A DNA stretch of 34,356 nt from Spirogloea muscicola (taxonomy: Eukaryota). Below, piece after piece: positions 1 through 13,203 of the stretch. Made by a program: the position numbers and the translations under genes. The notes under the pieces are model-generated. The model did not search any database. It was not told where the DNA came from and saw only the letters and a list, made by a program, of their open reading frames with translations. The DNA is taken from NCBI GenBank assembly GCA_009602725.1, contig WELB01000029.1:1-34356 (forward strand). The letters are read 5' to 3'. Position 1 is the stretch's first letter; every line of letters begins with the position of its first letter.

Positions 1-135
1 AACCCTAAACCCTAAACCCTAAACCCTAAACCCTTGCACCCGAAACTCTTAACCTGCACCCTTAAACCCTCAAGCCTAAACCCTACACACCAAACCCTGA
101 CCCTGAACCCTCAAACCTCCACCCTTAACCCTAAA
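1..135 (-). repeat. Telomeric repeat (TTTAGGG on the - strand): perfect at 1-34, degenerate variants to 135
   Basis: CCCTAAA x4 at the window start, then CCCGAAA, CCCTTAAA, GCCTAAA, CCCTACA, CCCTGAA and CCCTCAAA, with a last CCCTAAA at 129-135. Confidence 0.95.
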
Positions 136-145
136 CGCCTGCACT

Positions 146-450
146 GTCGGTCAGCAGGCGCAAGGCGTGGGCCATAGACCGCTGGGAGGGGACGAAGAGG
201 CGCGCGAAACACCTGCGCTAGCGAGCCAGTGTCGCGGAAGTCAGCCGGCTGACCTCGCCTGCTGCACACAGCGCGTCACGCAAGCCGAACCAACAGGTCG
301 AGCAACTGGGACCCGAATGCCCTGGTGCACATCGATGGCCAGGGGTACGAACTCGTCCCTTGTCGGTTGGTCTGCTTGATCTGTCGCTTCGCTGCGGGTG
401 GCGATCGCCGCAGCATGGCCAGTCCTCGAGGCAGAAACGCCCGGATTGAC
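146..450 (-). mobile_element. Degenerate RLE C-terminal fragment of a CRE/Zepp-like non-LTR retroelement, abutting the telomere
   Basis: The - strand reads GHAAA..DEFVPLAIDVH/GAFGSQLLDLLVRLA*RA..GSLAQVF..QRSMAHALRL, with frameshifts and a stop; homologous to copies at 1017-1390, 13339-13495 and 24650-25020. Confidence 0.8.
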
Positions 451-1016
451 GTACTGCTTAGAGGCTATGCATGAGTAATTCGGATGCTGATCTCATACTG
501 CCGCAGCATGGTACCGCTCCTAGCAACATCTTGTTGAACTGGTGAATGTGGCGCTTCCAGGATAGCAACACCCAGCGGTGGCAGTAACGACGGTGACTGA
601 AGTATTTCAGTGCTTGTGGCTGGCACGGCAGCAGTGGCAGCGCCGGCAGCAGCGCCTAATGGTTGCAAACTTGAGCTGAGCGGGGTGCGGTAGTGTTGGA
701 GAGTGCAAGGGCTATCTGCTCCCTCGGCATCTTTTCAATCCAGCCCCGAAGAGCGGATGGACACGGCGTGGAAGCACCTGTATGCGTGCTTGTTGGCCAG
801 GTCAGGAGAAAAGCTTTTGACCTGACGATCGACGTGGAGATTACACCCCGGGTCGTCCACGCTGGAACAAATAGACTCCTTGGCTTACAAGTCCCGTACC
901 CCGTTGACCCGCTGTGTGATCAGGATCATTGAGCTCGCAGTGACGTGGTACTGCGCAGCTCCACAAACTGCACCTAACCTAGACGATTTGAGCTATAGCA
1001 TAAACGAGAGTCCTTG

Positions 1017-1517
1017 TAACTACTAGTCAGGAGCCGCAAGTCAGAAAGACGAGCCGCCGGAAAGAAATCCTCTTGACGAAAGGCGAAAGGCTGCAGCTAG
1101 AGCACGGCCAGCACGCAGATGCAAGGCGTGGGCAATGGACCGCTGGAGGCATACAGAGGCGCACGCGAAAGACCTGAGCTAGCGAGCCAGCGGCGTTGAG
1201 TCGGCCTGCTCAGCCCGCCTGCGGGACACATGGCGTCGCGCAAGCCTGGCCAACAGGTCTAGCCATTGAGACCTGAAAGCCCCGTGCACATCGAAGGCCA
1301 GTAGGTCGTAATCGTCCCATTCCGGGTGTTCCCATGTACTTAGCCTCTTTGCCACGAGCGGCGTTTCCTGCTGCATGCCCAGCCTGTAACAACCTGCCCC
1401 TACGCACACAGTGGGGGGTGAGTGGTCCTTAAGTTCGGCTGTAGGAAGAAGTGCTCGCCCTTGGAGGATAGGGGCTGGGAAGGCGCAGAAATAATGACCA
1501 AACTTCGAAGGCTGTAG
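1017..1517 (-). mobile_element. RLE fragment (1017-1390) plus the 3' terminus of a second copy (1445-1517), head to tail
   Basis: AGHAAGNAARGKEAKY..DDYDLLAFDVHGAFRSQWLDLLARLARR..ALHLRAGRALAAA..LSDLRLLTSSY; 1445-1517 is the reverse complement of the 3' terminus (CCAGCCCCTATCCTCCAAGGGCGAGCACTTCTTC). Confidence 0.85.
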
Positions 1518-2613
1518 GGTGTTTAGGAGCCCGTCCTCTACCCGGCAAGGCTTTCGCGCATTTGCGCAGCCGATGACCGGCCCTGTGGTGCCGCCGTCAG
1601 GCGGCGACTCCACCTCTTGGGCACAAGCCAGCAGCTGTCCCCAAAGGGAAGCAGCCGCGGACTGCCCGCAGTAGGCCCGCAGCAAGCTGCGGCGGCGGCT
1701 GCGGCAGCAAGCAGCAGAAGGGCTGCTCCTGGGCTTCACCAGCCGAATCCGAGAGAGAGGGAGTCGCCGCAAGCTGGGCAATGATTGCAATGAATGGCAA
1801 GGACGCATGCCGTCATACCTGAACATGGACAACACACTACGTGATTGTGCTTGATAAGCTCCTTGCCACCGAGTGTGCAAAGCAAGTGAGCCCATGTTAA
1901 TATTAATATCACATGTAGGCGGAGGTGATGATTTCACAAAGCCTCTTGCGTCAGCTAGCCTTGTATTGTGCATAGCCAGACTGATTGCTTGTTCCAGCCA
2001 GACTCCGACCCACAAGTACTAACACGTTTTTAATATGCCACTGCGCTATTTATGTAAAGTAAAAGGGGCCTCAATCACACAAGCTTGTTCCACTGTCTCC
2101 TGCAGTGGTGTGCTTAATGACACCACAGTCCTATGTGTGCAAGGTACGTGATGCCAGAACCGAGGGGATCGAAGAAGGTACTGGGTAAGTATCAGAGGGA
2201 AGGTCAAGGTTTTGGAAACAGGCGCCAGCAAGTCCACATGATTGTCAAGGACTAGCGGTAGCCAGATTGCTGGTGCTCAGGATAAGCTGCTAGCGAGCCA
2301 ATGGCCATGCAACTGGGGTGACAAGCTTCATGGTCTTAACAGGAAAGTCCATCAGAGGAACCGCTTATGTCAACATTGGACATGGAGCTGCCATATGGCC
2401 GCCATTTGTCAAGTCGTCAATCACACAGCAGCAGGCAACTTCATGGATGAAGGCCGTTACCTATTCAGGCCACAGTGCGTCCCTCAGGCTGCTGGATTCA
2501 CAAGGTCATCAAGCTCACTGCTCTTTCAATAATGGAAGACACTGTTGAGGCTCGCTGAGTCACGGGATGGTGCATCACGGGATGGTGCACAGCCTCCACT
2601 TGGGCGGGAGACC

Positions 2614-3529
2614 TTAGCTGCTGTGGACAGCAACAACGTAGATGTGTGGGTCCCCCCTCCCGCCCGCCCCGCTGCGCTTTACCCGCCGCTCTGCAAGCAG
2701 AATGCGGAGGGCCTTGCTAGTGTCTGGCGTGTTACCTGCAGCGGATTGGGCACAGGCAACGGCCGAGGAAGATTAGGGGGGGTGCTATGGCTCCAAGTCA
2801 CTTGCCGCAGGCCGTGGTCATATCAAGTGCTGCTGCAGTGGCCGTTCTTGCACCGCCAAGCTGGGCGACCATCTGAGGAGTGGCCATCGGACAAGAGCAG
2901 GCCGTGGCACTCATCCGATGTTCGCCACACTCACCGATAGTGCTGCGTATCAGGCTTTCGTGGACGCTCTTGTCCGCAATCAGATCCAGGATGGCCTGTG
3001 CAAAGCGCTGGATGCGCGTCGCCTTCGATCCTGCGGCAGAACGACGTTTCATCGGCTTTGCACCCGCCACGTGCTGGGAAGAGGCGTCGAGAGTCTTGAG
3101 GATGACTCGGGCAGTGCGTGGCTTCTGCGGTTGTCAGAGCGCCTCGTTATGGCGGTCAGCAGCGGTTCGAAGCAGGCGCATGGGGGGAGGTGGCGACACT
3201 GCTGCAGCTGCAGCCGAGCAGGCTCTCACTCTCAGGACGCCGGGCGCGGGAGGCCGTGCGGGTCGGGGCGTGGTGCGGTCGGGGGACTGGACCTCCTCGC
3301 AGGCAACGAGGGCCAGGCGCGCGAGGCGGTCGAGGCCGGCGGCGGAGCTGCAGGCGGAGGGGCCGGCGGCGGGCGGGAGCTGGGAGGTGCAGCGCGTGAG
3401 CGTGGAGGCGCTGCTGGCGTCGGTGTCGGGGAGGGGCGGCGGGGAGGGCGCGGCGGCGGCGCAGCAGCAGCAGCAGCAGCAGCCGCGGGCATGGGGAGGC
3501 AGCGAGGCGGCGGCGCGGGGGGCGGCCAT
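2614..3529 (-). CDS. Plant-type HTH three-helical-bundle domain protein, 3 exons (3529-3230, 3124-2935, 2735-2614)
   Basis: GT-AG junctions with matching phases give RIQRFAQAILDLIADKSVHESLIRSTIG|NTPDTSKALRILLAERRVKRSGAGGRGDPHIY, matching the plant PDTSKALR..VKRSG.GG..DPYIY domain. The start codon is less certain. Confidence 0.8.
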
Positions 3530-4647
3530 GGAAGAAAGGGGGGCATGCAGCGCCTGCAGGCCACGGCCGTTTTCGGGCACGGGCGCGGGCGCGGGCCCGC
3601 CCGGGCGGCNACCCTCCCGGGGCGGCGCCGCCCTCGTGCTGCCCGGCGCCCCCCCCCCACGCCGGCGTCCTCGTGCCCGGCATCGGAATCCAGAGGGCCG
3701 ACCGGTTCTCTGCTACCAGCCAGCTAGCAAGCCACTGCCATCAGTCCTCCTGCGTCAGTTCATGTCATTCGACATTGAAGTAGACCATGTAGAATTGCGC
3801 ACGTGCCTTGTGGGGTCTACCCTGATTGGCACAATTCATTCAACAATGTCAGACTTGACATACGGACGGCTTGCCCTCCTGTTTACCTAGCTCGGCCTCA
3901 TGCATACAAGAAGCGCATGTGTCCTGGGCATCGCCCGGACCATCCACTACCAGGGCGTGATAGCGACGATCACAGAAGGTTGTGCTTGTATGAGCAAATC
4001 ATGGTTACGAGCTCTGTTGCCATTGCCTATCACCTGACACCCAGCCCAGATCCTCCGATCTAGTCTGGGCTGTCCTGCACTACGCTTGTCGTCACAACGT
4101 TGCTCACTAGCTCACCAAGCATCTTACTCAAGATCACCACTAGCCTCATATGCTTAATTGAATCTCCTGCTTTCTTGAGGCCAGGAGCTTCTGTCAGATC
4201 AATCATGCCGTTGCAGAGAATGCTTCAGGTGGCAGCAATATATTATCCACAGTGCTGAACGTCCATGCTCTGGACGTGCTGGTGACTATTACGTCCTCAC
4301 CCTAGCCACACAGCAACGGCCGCAGCAGCCCAATCAAGTCAATCTGGTCATTGCTCGGCCCGGCTCTCCTCTTGAGCCTCCCCCTCCCATCCTCACGTAC
4401 CCTCTTCTTAACGTCCTCTCTGCTGCTCTTGTCTACGCGATGCACTTTAAGTACACCGTAGTGGACTATCAGTAAACGCAGGCCTTCGCCTTGTACCTAT
4501 ATGCCAGCCAAATCTGAGCATGAGCTGTAGCCTGGGCTTCCACTTGAAATTTCTAAGTAAGGCACTTGACTTATCTTTGGCTGTTGGAAGCTCTCGCGTT
4601 GCTGAGCCCTACCTGCTGGTGCTGCTTGCCCGAGTCTGTCCAGTGTG

Positions 4648-5100
4648 CATTCCTTTTGGGCTGGCCTCACCCAGCAGCCTTACTTTGTAAGAGCTACTTT
4701 TGCAAAAGCTGGCATTTCTCAGCCACCGTCCCCTTCACGATAGCAATGTTCTTAAAAAGAGTCAAGCAGCTGGCTCTGCCTCCAGCGTACCAAAGCTCTT
4801 TAGGGCCACGCCCCTTCTGTATGCCGCCAGGGGCCCATTTTCCCGTGCACATTGGCTCATTCATGTATCAGCAAGCGCTTGCTGTCACCAACTTCCTGTA
4901 ATGCAGCCTAGCGACGCCCTTCCGCCTTCTTGTTACTCCACTTCGTACTTGTGAAGGAGAGGTCACTAAGCATTCGAAGTTGAGGGCACCGAGCATCCAG
5001 TCGCAGAAGTCTTGAGGAGTGGTTTCTGTGGTTTGCACCTTCCGGCCCTCCCGAACCTTGTTCAATCCTTGTGAGCTGGCCTTTACCAGCCATCGCCTTG
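4648..5100 (+). mobile_element. Two old 3'-terminal remnants of the RLE retroelement family (about 4648-4680 and 5041-5100)
   Basis: CATTCCTTTTGGGCTGGCCTCACCCAGC and GGCCCTCCGAACCTTGTTCAATCCTTGTGAGCTGGCCTTTACCAGCC match the terminal consensus seen elsewhere in the window. Confidence 0.6.
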
Positions 5101-5431
5101 TCTTTTGAAGAGCTATTTTAGCTGAGGACTGGAGTGTATATTGAATGATGGAGCGCCTGAGTGGCCATTACAGAGGCAAGCACATTGACAGAGGGGAGAT
5201 CAGTTGACAGCGGTCAGAAGCGGTTTGTGATGCTCAACGAGCACTTATACCAGGCGGAACCAGGCGGAAATATTCTCCGGGACCGTTTCGCCCATCGCTG
5301 CAGACTGTAACTTAGCTGGGGACCATAGATGGCCCGCCGCGATCAGGAAAGCTTCGGTCAGCAGCTCTTCGCTCGCCTCCCTTTCCTTCCGCCACCCCAC
5401 CCACGGCGGGCCTCTGCGTGCCCCTGCCAGC

Positions 5432-8400
5432 ATGCCGGAGCTGCCCGAGGTGGAAGCCGCGCGACGATCCGTGCAGCAGCACTGCGTGGGCCGCCGCATT
5501 GCCAGCGCGGTCGTGGAGGCCGACTCCCTCGTCATCGATGGCATCTCCCCCCAGCAGCTCCGTGACGGCCTCGTTGGCCGCGTCGTCACTGGCGCCGGCC
5601 GCAAGGGCAAGAACCTGTGGATGGAGCTCGACCGTCGACCGTGGCCCACCTTCCACTTTGGTAGCGCCTTGCACATGCCCTCACACGTGCACCCACTGAG
5701 CTCTTTCAAGTGCAGCGCTGTGGGGTCGGACATGCTGCCACCACTCCATGTGCTTGCAGAGTCTCGGTAGCCAGCTGCTTGGAGAACACGCCTGGCCCTG
5801 CCATGCCAGTTGCCTCCATGTCCAGGTGCTCAAGGGCGTCTGACATTGTGCTGGCCTGGCAGGCATGACGGGTCACATCATGATTCAGGGCGAGCAAGTG
5901 GCACAGTACATGAGGTTGCGGCTCTTCAACCTCTCCTAAAACCTAGCGCTTTCAGAGCGAGAGGCTGTGGGTGCCAACCTTACCAGTCGCAGGCACTATG
6001 AAGAAGCCCCATCGACTGGCAGGGTCTTACATCCTCTGCTGACAATGCCTCGCAGAGGGACCAAGAAGGACCCGTCTGACTGGCCTCCCAAATTCCACAA
6101 GCTGGTCTTCAAGGTACACGCACTGGTGCCATTTATTTGAATTTCAGCTGAATTTCGGCATGCAAGCATGTTGAGAGGTTCGTCTCCTGCATCCAGCTCC
6201 GCGCCAGCAACTCCATCTGCCACCCTGGTCAACTGGTCCAGCATGCTCCCCTCACACTGCAACCCTGAGCAGTGAGAGGGGCTGGCTTGATTTCATGTTC
6301 GTTCGCCTTGGCTTCAATCAAAGCCATATACCCACTGATGCTGGGTGATGGTTCACTTGGTCTCGCTCGTAGATGGATAACGATGTTGAGGTGGCCTTCT
6401 GTGACGGCCGGCGGTTGGCACGCATTCGCCTTCTTGATGACGTAGGTATTGCTCGTCTCCTCCAGCTCTTGTTCATCTCAACATTCATTGGCATGGTTCA
6501 CTGACCACAAATAAGCTGCAGAAGCTGAGCCCATTCTGTCATCATATTGTTTTGCCTCCACTGATGCCTTCCCTGCCCTACTTTATCTACTGCTATGCAG
6601 CCCGTCATGACTCCACCCATATCTGAGCTTGGCTGGGATGCGCTTTTGGAGCTTCCCAACCCCCTGGATTTGGCTTCGCAAGTGACCAAGCGCAAAGCCC
6701 CAGTGAAGGCCGTTCTTATGGACCAGGTGAGTCTGGGCCCGCTCTGCAGATGTGCACACGTGATCCCTACTCTTACTGGTTACGTTTTCTGCACCCCTGT
6801 CTCCAAACCCCTGTCTCTACATTCATATCAGGCATCAGGAACGGCAGACCCTGCCAGAGGTCAGTGCTGGTTGACAACAGTGTGCTCACTGCATGTGCGT
6901 CTGGTCAGCAGGGTGTCGCAGCTGGGATTGGCAACTGGGTCGCTGATGAAGTACTGTATCAGGTGACTGTGCCGCTTGTTGACAAATTTACAAGCTTGTG
7001 GGCAGAGTGCAGCACAATATGGTCTAGACATGGTCTAAACACTTCAGATAGGGGTCTCTAGACGTGATGGCGACAAAGCTCAAGATCAAATGCCAGTGTG
7101 ACCTACTCTGTATTCAAATCTGCAGGGTAGGCTCGTGACCAGAAGCACAACGCACCACCAGCCCAGCGTGCACATGATAGCAGATAGGTTTTCTGATTAT
7201 GCATGTGTAGGCCCGAGTTCATCCAGCACAACCCGCCAACACTCTCCTCGCCGAACAGTGCGAAGGCCTGCATCGCAGCATCAAATATGTAAGAAGACCT
7301 CTTGGCCAAGCTTTGCTTGTTTGAATGTACATCTGGTAATGCAAAAGGCCGTGTGATTTCGAAACTGGTGGTTTCAAGAGCATGCAAAAGAGGCTGACCT
7401 GCATTGTGGACTGTCTTTGACAAGCAGGTGCTAGAAACAGCTGTTGATGCAGGATCGGACAGCAAGAATTTCCCAAAGAACTGGTTGTTCCACGTACGCT
7501 GGTCCAAGAAGCCCGGGATTCTTGATGGTACCATACCTCATGTAGCTCAGCTGCCTGGCACCTTGCAGTATGCTTACAATCTGCTGATCAAGGGTTTCAC
7601 AGGCAGAACATATGCTGACTACCATGAGTCTGCCTGTAAATGCGTTGATTGAGGGCTTCACTGCCACAGTGTGTGCTTATGGTGATGCCAACTCACCTTG
7701 ATCTTGTGTGGCTACACATACCAGGGCAAAAGATCCACTTTGAGACTATTGGTGGACGAGTGAGTCTCTGCTTCCTTCCTTTGCTTCAGCTCAGCAGCTG
7801 CGTAGAAACAAACTCGACATTGAGCAAGCACAGCGGGTGCTAAGTTTTACGGGTCTTGGTCACGTGCTTGCGGTGGTCTCGATGGCTGACTAACTATTAT
7901 AGTCGTTGTGGCAGACCTCTGCATTTGTGCCAGCAATACAGAAGATGCCTTCGGGTTTGGTTGAGAATGACAAGCCTAAGAGGGCAGCCAAAAAGAGGAA
8001 GAAAGAGGATGGTGACGAGGACGTAGGAGGTGAGCCATTAGCCAATGCCAAGGAAAAGCCGAGGAAGAAGGCAGGTGGTGCAAGAGGCGCAAAGATTTCA
8101 AGTAGCAGAGGAGCCAAGGCAAGGGCCGTGGAGGAGCCAGAGCTACTGCATCAGCAAGACCTGACTCTGGAGGGCAACATGCCTGCAACACAGAGGATGA
8201 AACATGGAGGCGCTCGTGCTGCACTGAAGCAGGCAGGGGAGGAGGGAGAGAGAAGAGCACCTGTCAAGATTGCAAAGCATAGACGACAGGCATCAGCGGC
8301 TACTGAGGAGGCCGAACTCCTGAGGGGATCGTCTGCTGACAGGAGAGCCTCAAGAAGTAGATCTGCTTCTGCAGCAGCTGCTCTCAAGACAGAAGTGGAG

Positions 8401-8595
8401 TCCAAGCCAGCTCCACGTCAAAGGGTGCAGAAGGATAGGCCACATGACATCAACAAGGAGAAGCAGGCTGGGCTCTCTGGGGCTCGTGGGGTTGCCCAGG
8501 ATAAGATGGGCAATGCAAGGAAAACGGCTGCCGGTGCGGCAATTAAAGTCCCAGCCAGGCGCGGCAGGAGTACTGTCAGGCAGAAACGGGGCTAA
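5432..8595 (+). CDS. FPG: Formamidopyrimidine-DNA glycosylase (plant-type FPG), about 10 exons, with a long basic C-terminal tail
   Basis: N-terminal MPELPEVE; RKGKNLW..HFG|MTG; WPPKFHK; AFCDGRRLARIRL; ELGWDAL..KAVLMDQ; GIGNWVADEVLYQ|ARVHP (H2TH); FPKNWLFHVRW; IGGR|TSAFVPAIQK; canonical splice sites. Confidence 0.95.
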
Positions 8596-9586
8596 AGTTG
8601 ATGCGTGTCTTGACCTCACTTTGCCTTGGACCTTTGACTAAGCTCTGTGCCATTAATGCTGAGTCATGGTCACATTGCTCTTAGACAGGTTGCTATGCCC
8701 AGCATGCATCATGTGAAAACAAAATTTGCACCCTAGCAGCATGTCACGCTGTTGAAAGCAGCATACGAATGTCAGAAAGCTGCGTGTAACACATTAACAG
8801 ATGTGGCTTGCAAATAAATTGCGGAATTGTCTAGGCTGGTCAGTAGGCTCCACTGACATCCGCAATGGAGCACGCCTCTAGGTATAGACGAGAACACGCA
8901 GAAAATGACTACCCTCAAGTGCTACCCTGACACTCAGCGAGGTCCACCATGTCGGATTCGGCCGGCTGCTCTTGCGTGGATCGAAATTGCCATTACCAAA
9001 TCCCCAACAATACGTGAGTGTCCGGCACTGTTCAATTTGGGGAAAGTACAACTTAAAGAACGTACTCATGTGCCCTCTTTTGGCGGAGACTGCTTCCATA
9101 TTCTCTGCAGCACTTCTGGCAGTGTTTGATCTTCCTGCAGAGTAATGTGCGAAATGTAGACAATGGACCCTCAGCCATGTCAGGCAGTAGGTATTTTCAC
9201 TTCTGTACAGAGGGCAAAGGCCGCTGCGCTGATTCAAGCCTTCTCGAGCATTTGTGCTCCTGAAGCTGGCTTTGGCAGCTTCAAAAGATTTGTCACTCGC
9301 TCATACCTCCATCTAACAAACAGGGTTCTCCTCCGCTCTCAAGATGAACATTGTATGGACGAGGAGAGTGAAAAGAAATCTGAGCTATTGGGGGCCCAAA
9401 AATTGCCCAATCTCAACCCACGTGTCAAGGACCAACAAGCATCTCTACCCTCCTTTGAAAGCATTGCCATACTCTCTCTGATTACAGGAGTTGCAGCTGT
9501 GCTTCAGTTGTCAACATCTCTACCCTCACCAGAGCTTATATCTATGTACCTGATACCTGAATGTGATGATTTGATTACAAGCACCA

Positions 9587-12500
9587 CTAAACACTCCTGG
9601 CAACAGCGGCCTGGCTGAACAAGCCTGCAAATAGAGCGTCAGCAAGAGGCGGTATTTCCCTGGGCTCTGGTGCCATGAAGTTGACTAGTGGTTGATGCAC
9701 CGTGTACCTGTATGACAATGTAGTGCAGAACCATCAGCAAAGCGAATTGAGATATTGTTCACATGCAGACAAAGCCACAAGTGCAAGTTCACTGAGCAAC
9801 CCACAACACTGCCTGCAACCGACCTGGTCCTGCTCACTCAGGCAGGCACCAGCCAGTGGTACCTGATCTTGCGGCCTTTAGAAGCTCGTCGGTCAACAAC
9901 CTTCCTCTTGCTTCTGCGAACTCGGTCACCGCCAAGTTCCCTGACACCTGCCAGTCTCAGACAACCCAAAGCAGGTCCAAAGGGACTTACGCCAGCTGCT
10001 GGAGCCAAAGCACAGTGCGACCCTTGGGCTGCTAAGAACGCAACAACTAAACAGCAAGCTGGTGTGCTCACCTGCCGCAGCGCTGGATGTTTCCAGGAAC
10101 TCGCTCAGGAGGTGCGTGTAGAAGTCACCGTCATCGAAGGTGTCAGGGTTGCCATCTTCACTTTCAGCCTCTACAACAACCTGATCTGCCTGCCGATCGC
10201 TCAGAGATGGCAAATTAGGACAGAGCAGCTTGGCAGGCACCTTGGCAGAGATCAGCGGATGAAGCATAGAGATCTCAGTAAGGTGGCAGGTGAGGTTACC
10301 TGGCCAAGAATGCGAGCATCCGATGCCCTGAGCTGGGACCTGGCAATGAGGCGCTGTGGATGGAGCATGGCACCTGCCACCTGCTGTGACACACTCTGCA
10401 CAGACACAAGTTGCCCAAAGGTCAGCAGATTGTGTCAGAGCATGCTTGTACCTAGCCTAGCTGCAGGTTGATCTGCTAGACCAAGCTCTTCAGCACCTGG
10501 TTGAGTGCGCGTAGTTTGCTATGGGAACCACTTGAGAGTAACACTTTCTGCTGCCACTTGTCGATGGCTGCCGAGCAGAACGGGTGGGTTCTGTGACACA
10601 GGGATAAGCCCAGACAGTCAGACCTCTGGTAAGCAACAGACCAGCAACTCAGCGTTTAGCACGTGTTGCACTTACACGCCATCGAGTCAGAGTTGTTTAG
10701 TTCCTTGACCCGGACAATGATCTGCTGCAAGTCCTTCAAGGCTCCATCTCCTGGGCGTGAAGCTCACCTCGAGTAGAGGGACGTTAATTGCCGCCACAGG
10801 TCATCCAAGTGATTGGGGACATTACCTGGCACTTCTGATACAGTGCCAAATTGTGCTTACTACCATCAGTAGAAGCAAGACGGTGCTACGGAAAGTCACT
10901 GGAAGCTCTCGCCAGGAAGAAGATGAGGATATGCATCAAGCTTCAGACCTGGAGGAGGCTGACCACCCTCCACAGCTTGCCCAGCAGCTGCCTGAACAGC
11001 TGGATTCTGCTCAATGAGGGCCTGCAAAAGGTGTCAAAGTCACTCAGCCAGCTGAAGGTTTGGTTCATGGAGTGCAGATTGACTGTCTGCAAGATGGTGG
11101 TCTGCCGCACAGCCAATGAGCTCTGCTGGGTCAGACCTCCTGCAAATCCATCAGCAAGTGCACGGTGTCCTTGGCAGCAACAGTGAGCTTGGCAAGAGCA
11201 ACATCTGCAGCTCCATCCGCCTTGCACAATGCTTCCATAGTGTCAGACTGCGACAACGGCAAACAGATGATGACAAATGACAAGGTCAGCGTACGAGCAA
11301 GCCTGTCAGTGCAACTAGCGGATGAACACAGAGACGAGCGTAGAAGTGGCAGTGGGCATGTCTGGTTTACCGATGGCAGCCGATTTGAGACACTGAGGCA
11401 CTTCTGCAATGCAATGCGGATTTCCAGAACACGTTCCCAAAGTGCCTGCCATGCAAATTACAAGATGCCAGCCTGTGATCCTCATCTTTCGGTTTTCAAG
11501 GGTCTACCTCCACATTCACCTTCCTGTATGCAGTGTACTAGCGCAACAAGTCCAGCTTTGGGAAATTCATCTTGTTCACTATCAGCATAACAAGTCTCCT
11601 GTGTTATCTTTTAGAAATGTATTACTTGTGCTGGTGCTGCGTTGACCTGCTTGGTAATGTAGTCTTTGCCCATCTTGGGGCTTGTTTAGAAGTCAACTAC
11701 CCAGTCATTGATTGAAGCCACCCTGATTACACAGTGCAGCTGACTCACTTGCTGTTGTGCAACTGCTTTGCCTTTCTGAATGTGTGCAGCTCCTTGCCTC
11801 TGCACCTGCATCAGCATCTGCCTGCAGCCCGCATTGGCAGGTCATGGGTTGCCATCAGCAGTGACCCTGAATCATGCACCAGTCATCCCATCCATATCAT
11901 CTAGGGCACAAGTGGAGCCAGCGCGAGAACCTCCCACACATCGTCCTGGGTATGTATCGGTGCCGCTTAATGCACTTTAAGATTGCAGGCCGCGAGGTAC
12001 TCATGGGGCGTCAAGGAGGTAGTGCCAGCCTCCAAATTGGCACTCTTGTGCAAGAGCAGCAAAGGAGCAGTCTCACGAGGTGAGCAAAGCGAGCCATACT
12101 CTTCTTCTTGTTGCAGCTGCTCATACTCGCGTGAAAGTTGCGCCAGCTCCTCGTCCTCAGCCACAGGAGCGCCGGCAGCGTGCATCTGCTTGTGCCTAGC
12201 AATGAATGGTGGCATAAGTGGCGAAGGCACAGGCGCCAGCTACGCTCCCCAGCAGCCAGTAAGGGTAGCGTCAGCAGGGGCAGCTGCAGCAGCAGTGGTG
12301 GCACTAGCAGCAGCAACTGCGACAGCTGCGGCGATCAGAATGGAGCAGGGGCTGGGTGCGTGAGGCGTCTGTGAGCAGTGTGGGAAGCGCACTCGGCTGT
12401 TGCTGCCTGCACCCCCCTCCTCCTCCTCCTCCTCCTCATCCTCCTCCTCCTCGCCCTCTTCGTCCTCCTCTGCCTCTGCATCCTCTCCCTCGTCCGCGTT

Positions 12501-13141
12501 GCCACCCTCACCGTCCCCGGCGCCCTGCTCCAGGGCACGGCGGCTGGCCTTGCGCCCGGCGTAGAGGGGGCCAGGCTCATGAAGCTCGCCGCGCATGAGC
12601 AGCCGTGGTGCAGGGTCCCTGTGCAGGAATTGGGGTTTAGTGCCCGAGGCAGCAGTGGAGCGAGGCGGGTGCTCGACGCAAGCGGGGCGTAGGAGCGCGC
12701 GCACGCCGAGCAGGTGGCGCACCTGGCGGACCGAGCGGGAGGGCGTGCGCCGCCATCGTCGTCGCTGCCGTCGCCTTCCGAGCCCTCATCGCCGCTGGCG
12801 CCGGGCTGTCGGCCACCAGAGGCGTCGGGCTGGCCAGACGAGGCGCCGTGGAGCGCGTGGCGGCGGCCGAGGGGTGGAACGCCGTCGAGGTCGAAGAGGC
12901 CGAAGCTGAGCGCCTCAGGGTCGACGTCTGAGCGGGGCCAGGCGGGGTCAGGGGGCAGGCGATGGTGCGAGCGCGGAGAAGGCGGCGCCAAGCCCTGAAC
13001 CCATGGAAAGGGCAAGGCCAGGCGGCGCGCGAGGAGGCGAGCGGGCAGCTGACCAGAAGGGAGGGCGCGCCGGGGGGCGGGGTTGCGCATGTCCGCCAAT
13101 GCGGCGGCCAGCGGGCGGCGGCCACTCGCCGCCGGCGCCAT
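9587..13141 (-). CDS. AATF: AATF/Che-1/BFR2 ribosome-biogenesis protein, multi-exon
   Basis: Acidic N-terminal tract with YAGRKASR; LWERVLEIRIALQKCLSVSNRLP; LRALNQ; DTFDDGDFYTHLLSEFLE; VDRRASKGRKIR|YTVHQPLVNFMAP..LFAGLF (TRAUB domain); stop at 9587-9589. The 5' exon boundaries are approximate. Confidence 0.92.
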
Positions 13142-13203
13142 GGCCGGGCTGTCGGGGGGCGGAGCAGCCAGCGGTAGTGGGGTGGGAGGAAATTGGAGTG
13201 TGT

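Noticed and set aside
465..940. Possible pseudogene between the subtelomeric elements
   Set aside because: The interrupted frame has no motif I recognise
2560..2589. 15-bp tandem duplication TCACGGGATGGTGCA x2
   Set aside because: Ordinary slippage duplication in a 3'UTR
2880..3890. Long overlapping ORFs in GC-rich regions (also 12335-13338 and 27433-28561)
   Set aside because: Stop-poor GC-rich shadow frames of real first exons
8878..9586. Short ORFs between FPG and AATF
   Set aside because: No recognisable domain or coherent exon chain; likely 3'UTR or intergenic
12415..12452. (CCT)n tract, and (GCA)n at 3461-3482
   Set aside because: Explained as coding low-complexity runs (poly-Glu/Asp in AATF; HTH gene exon 1)
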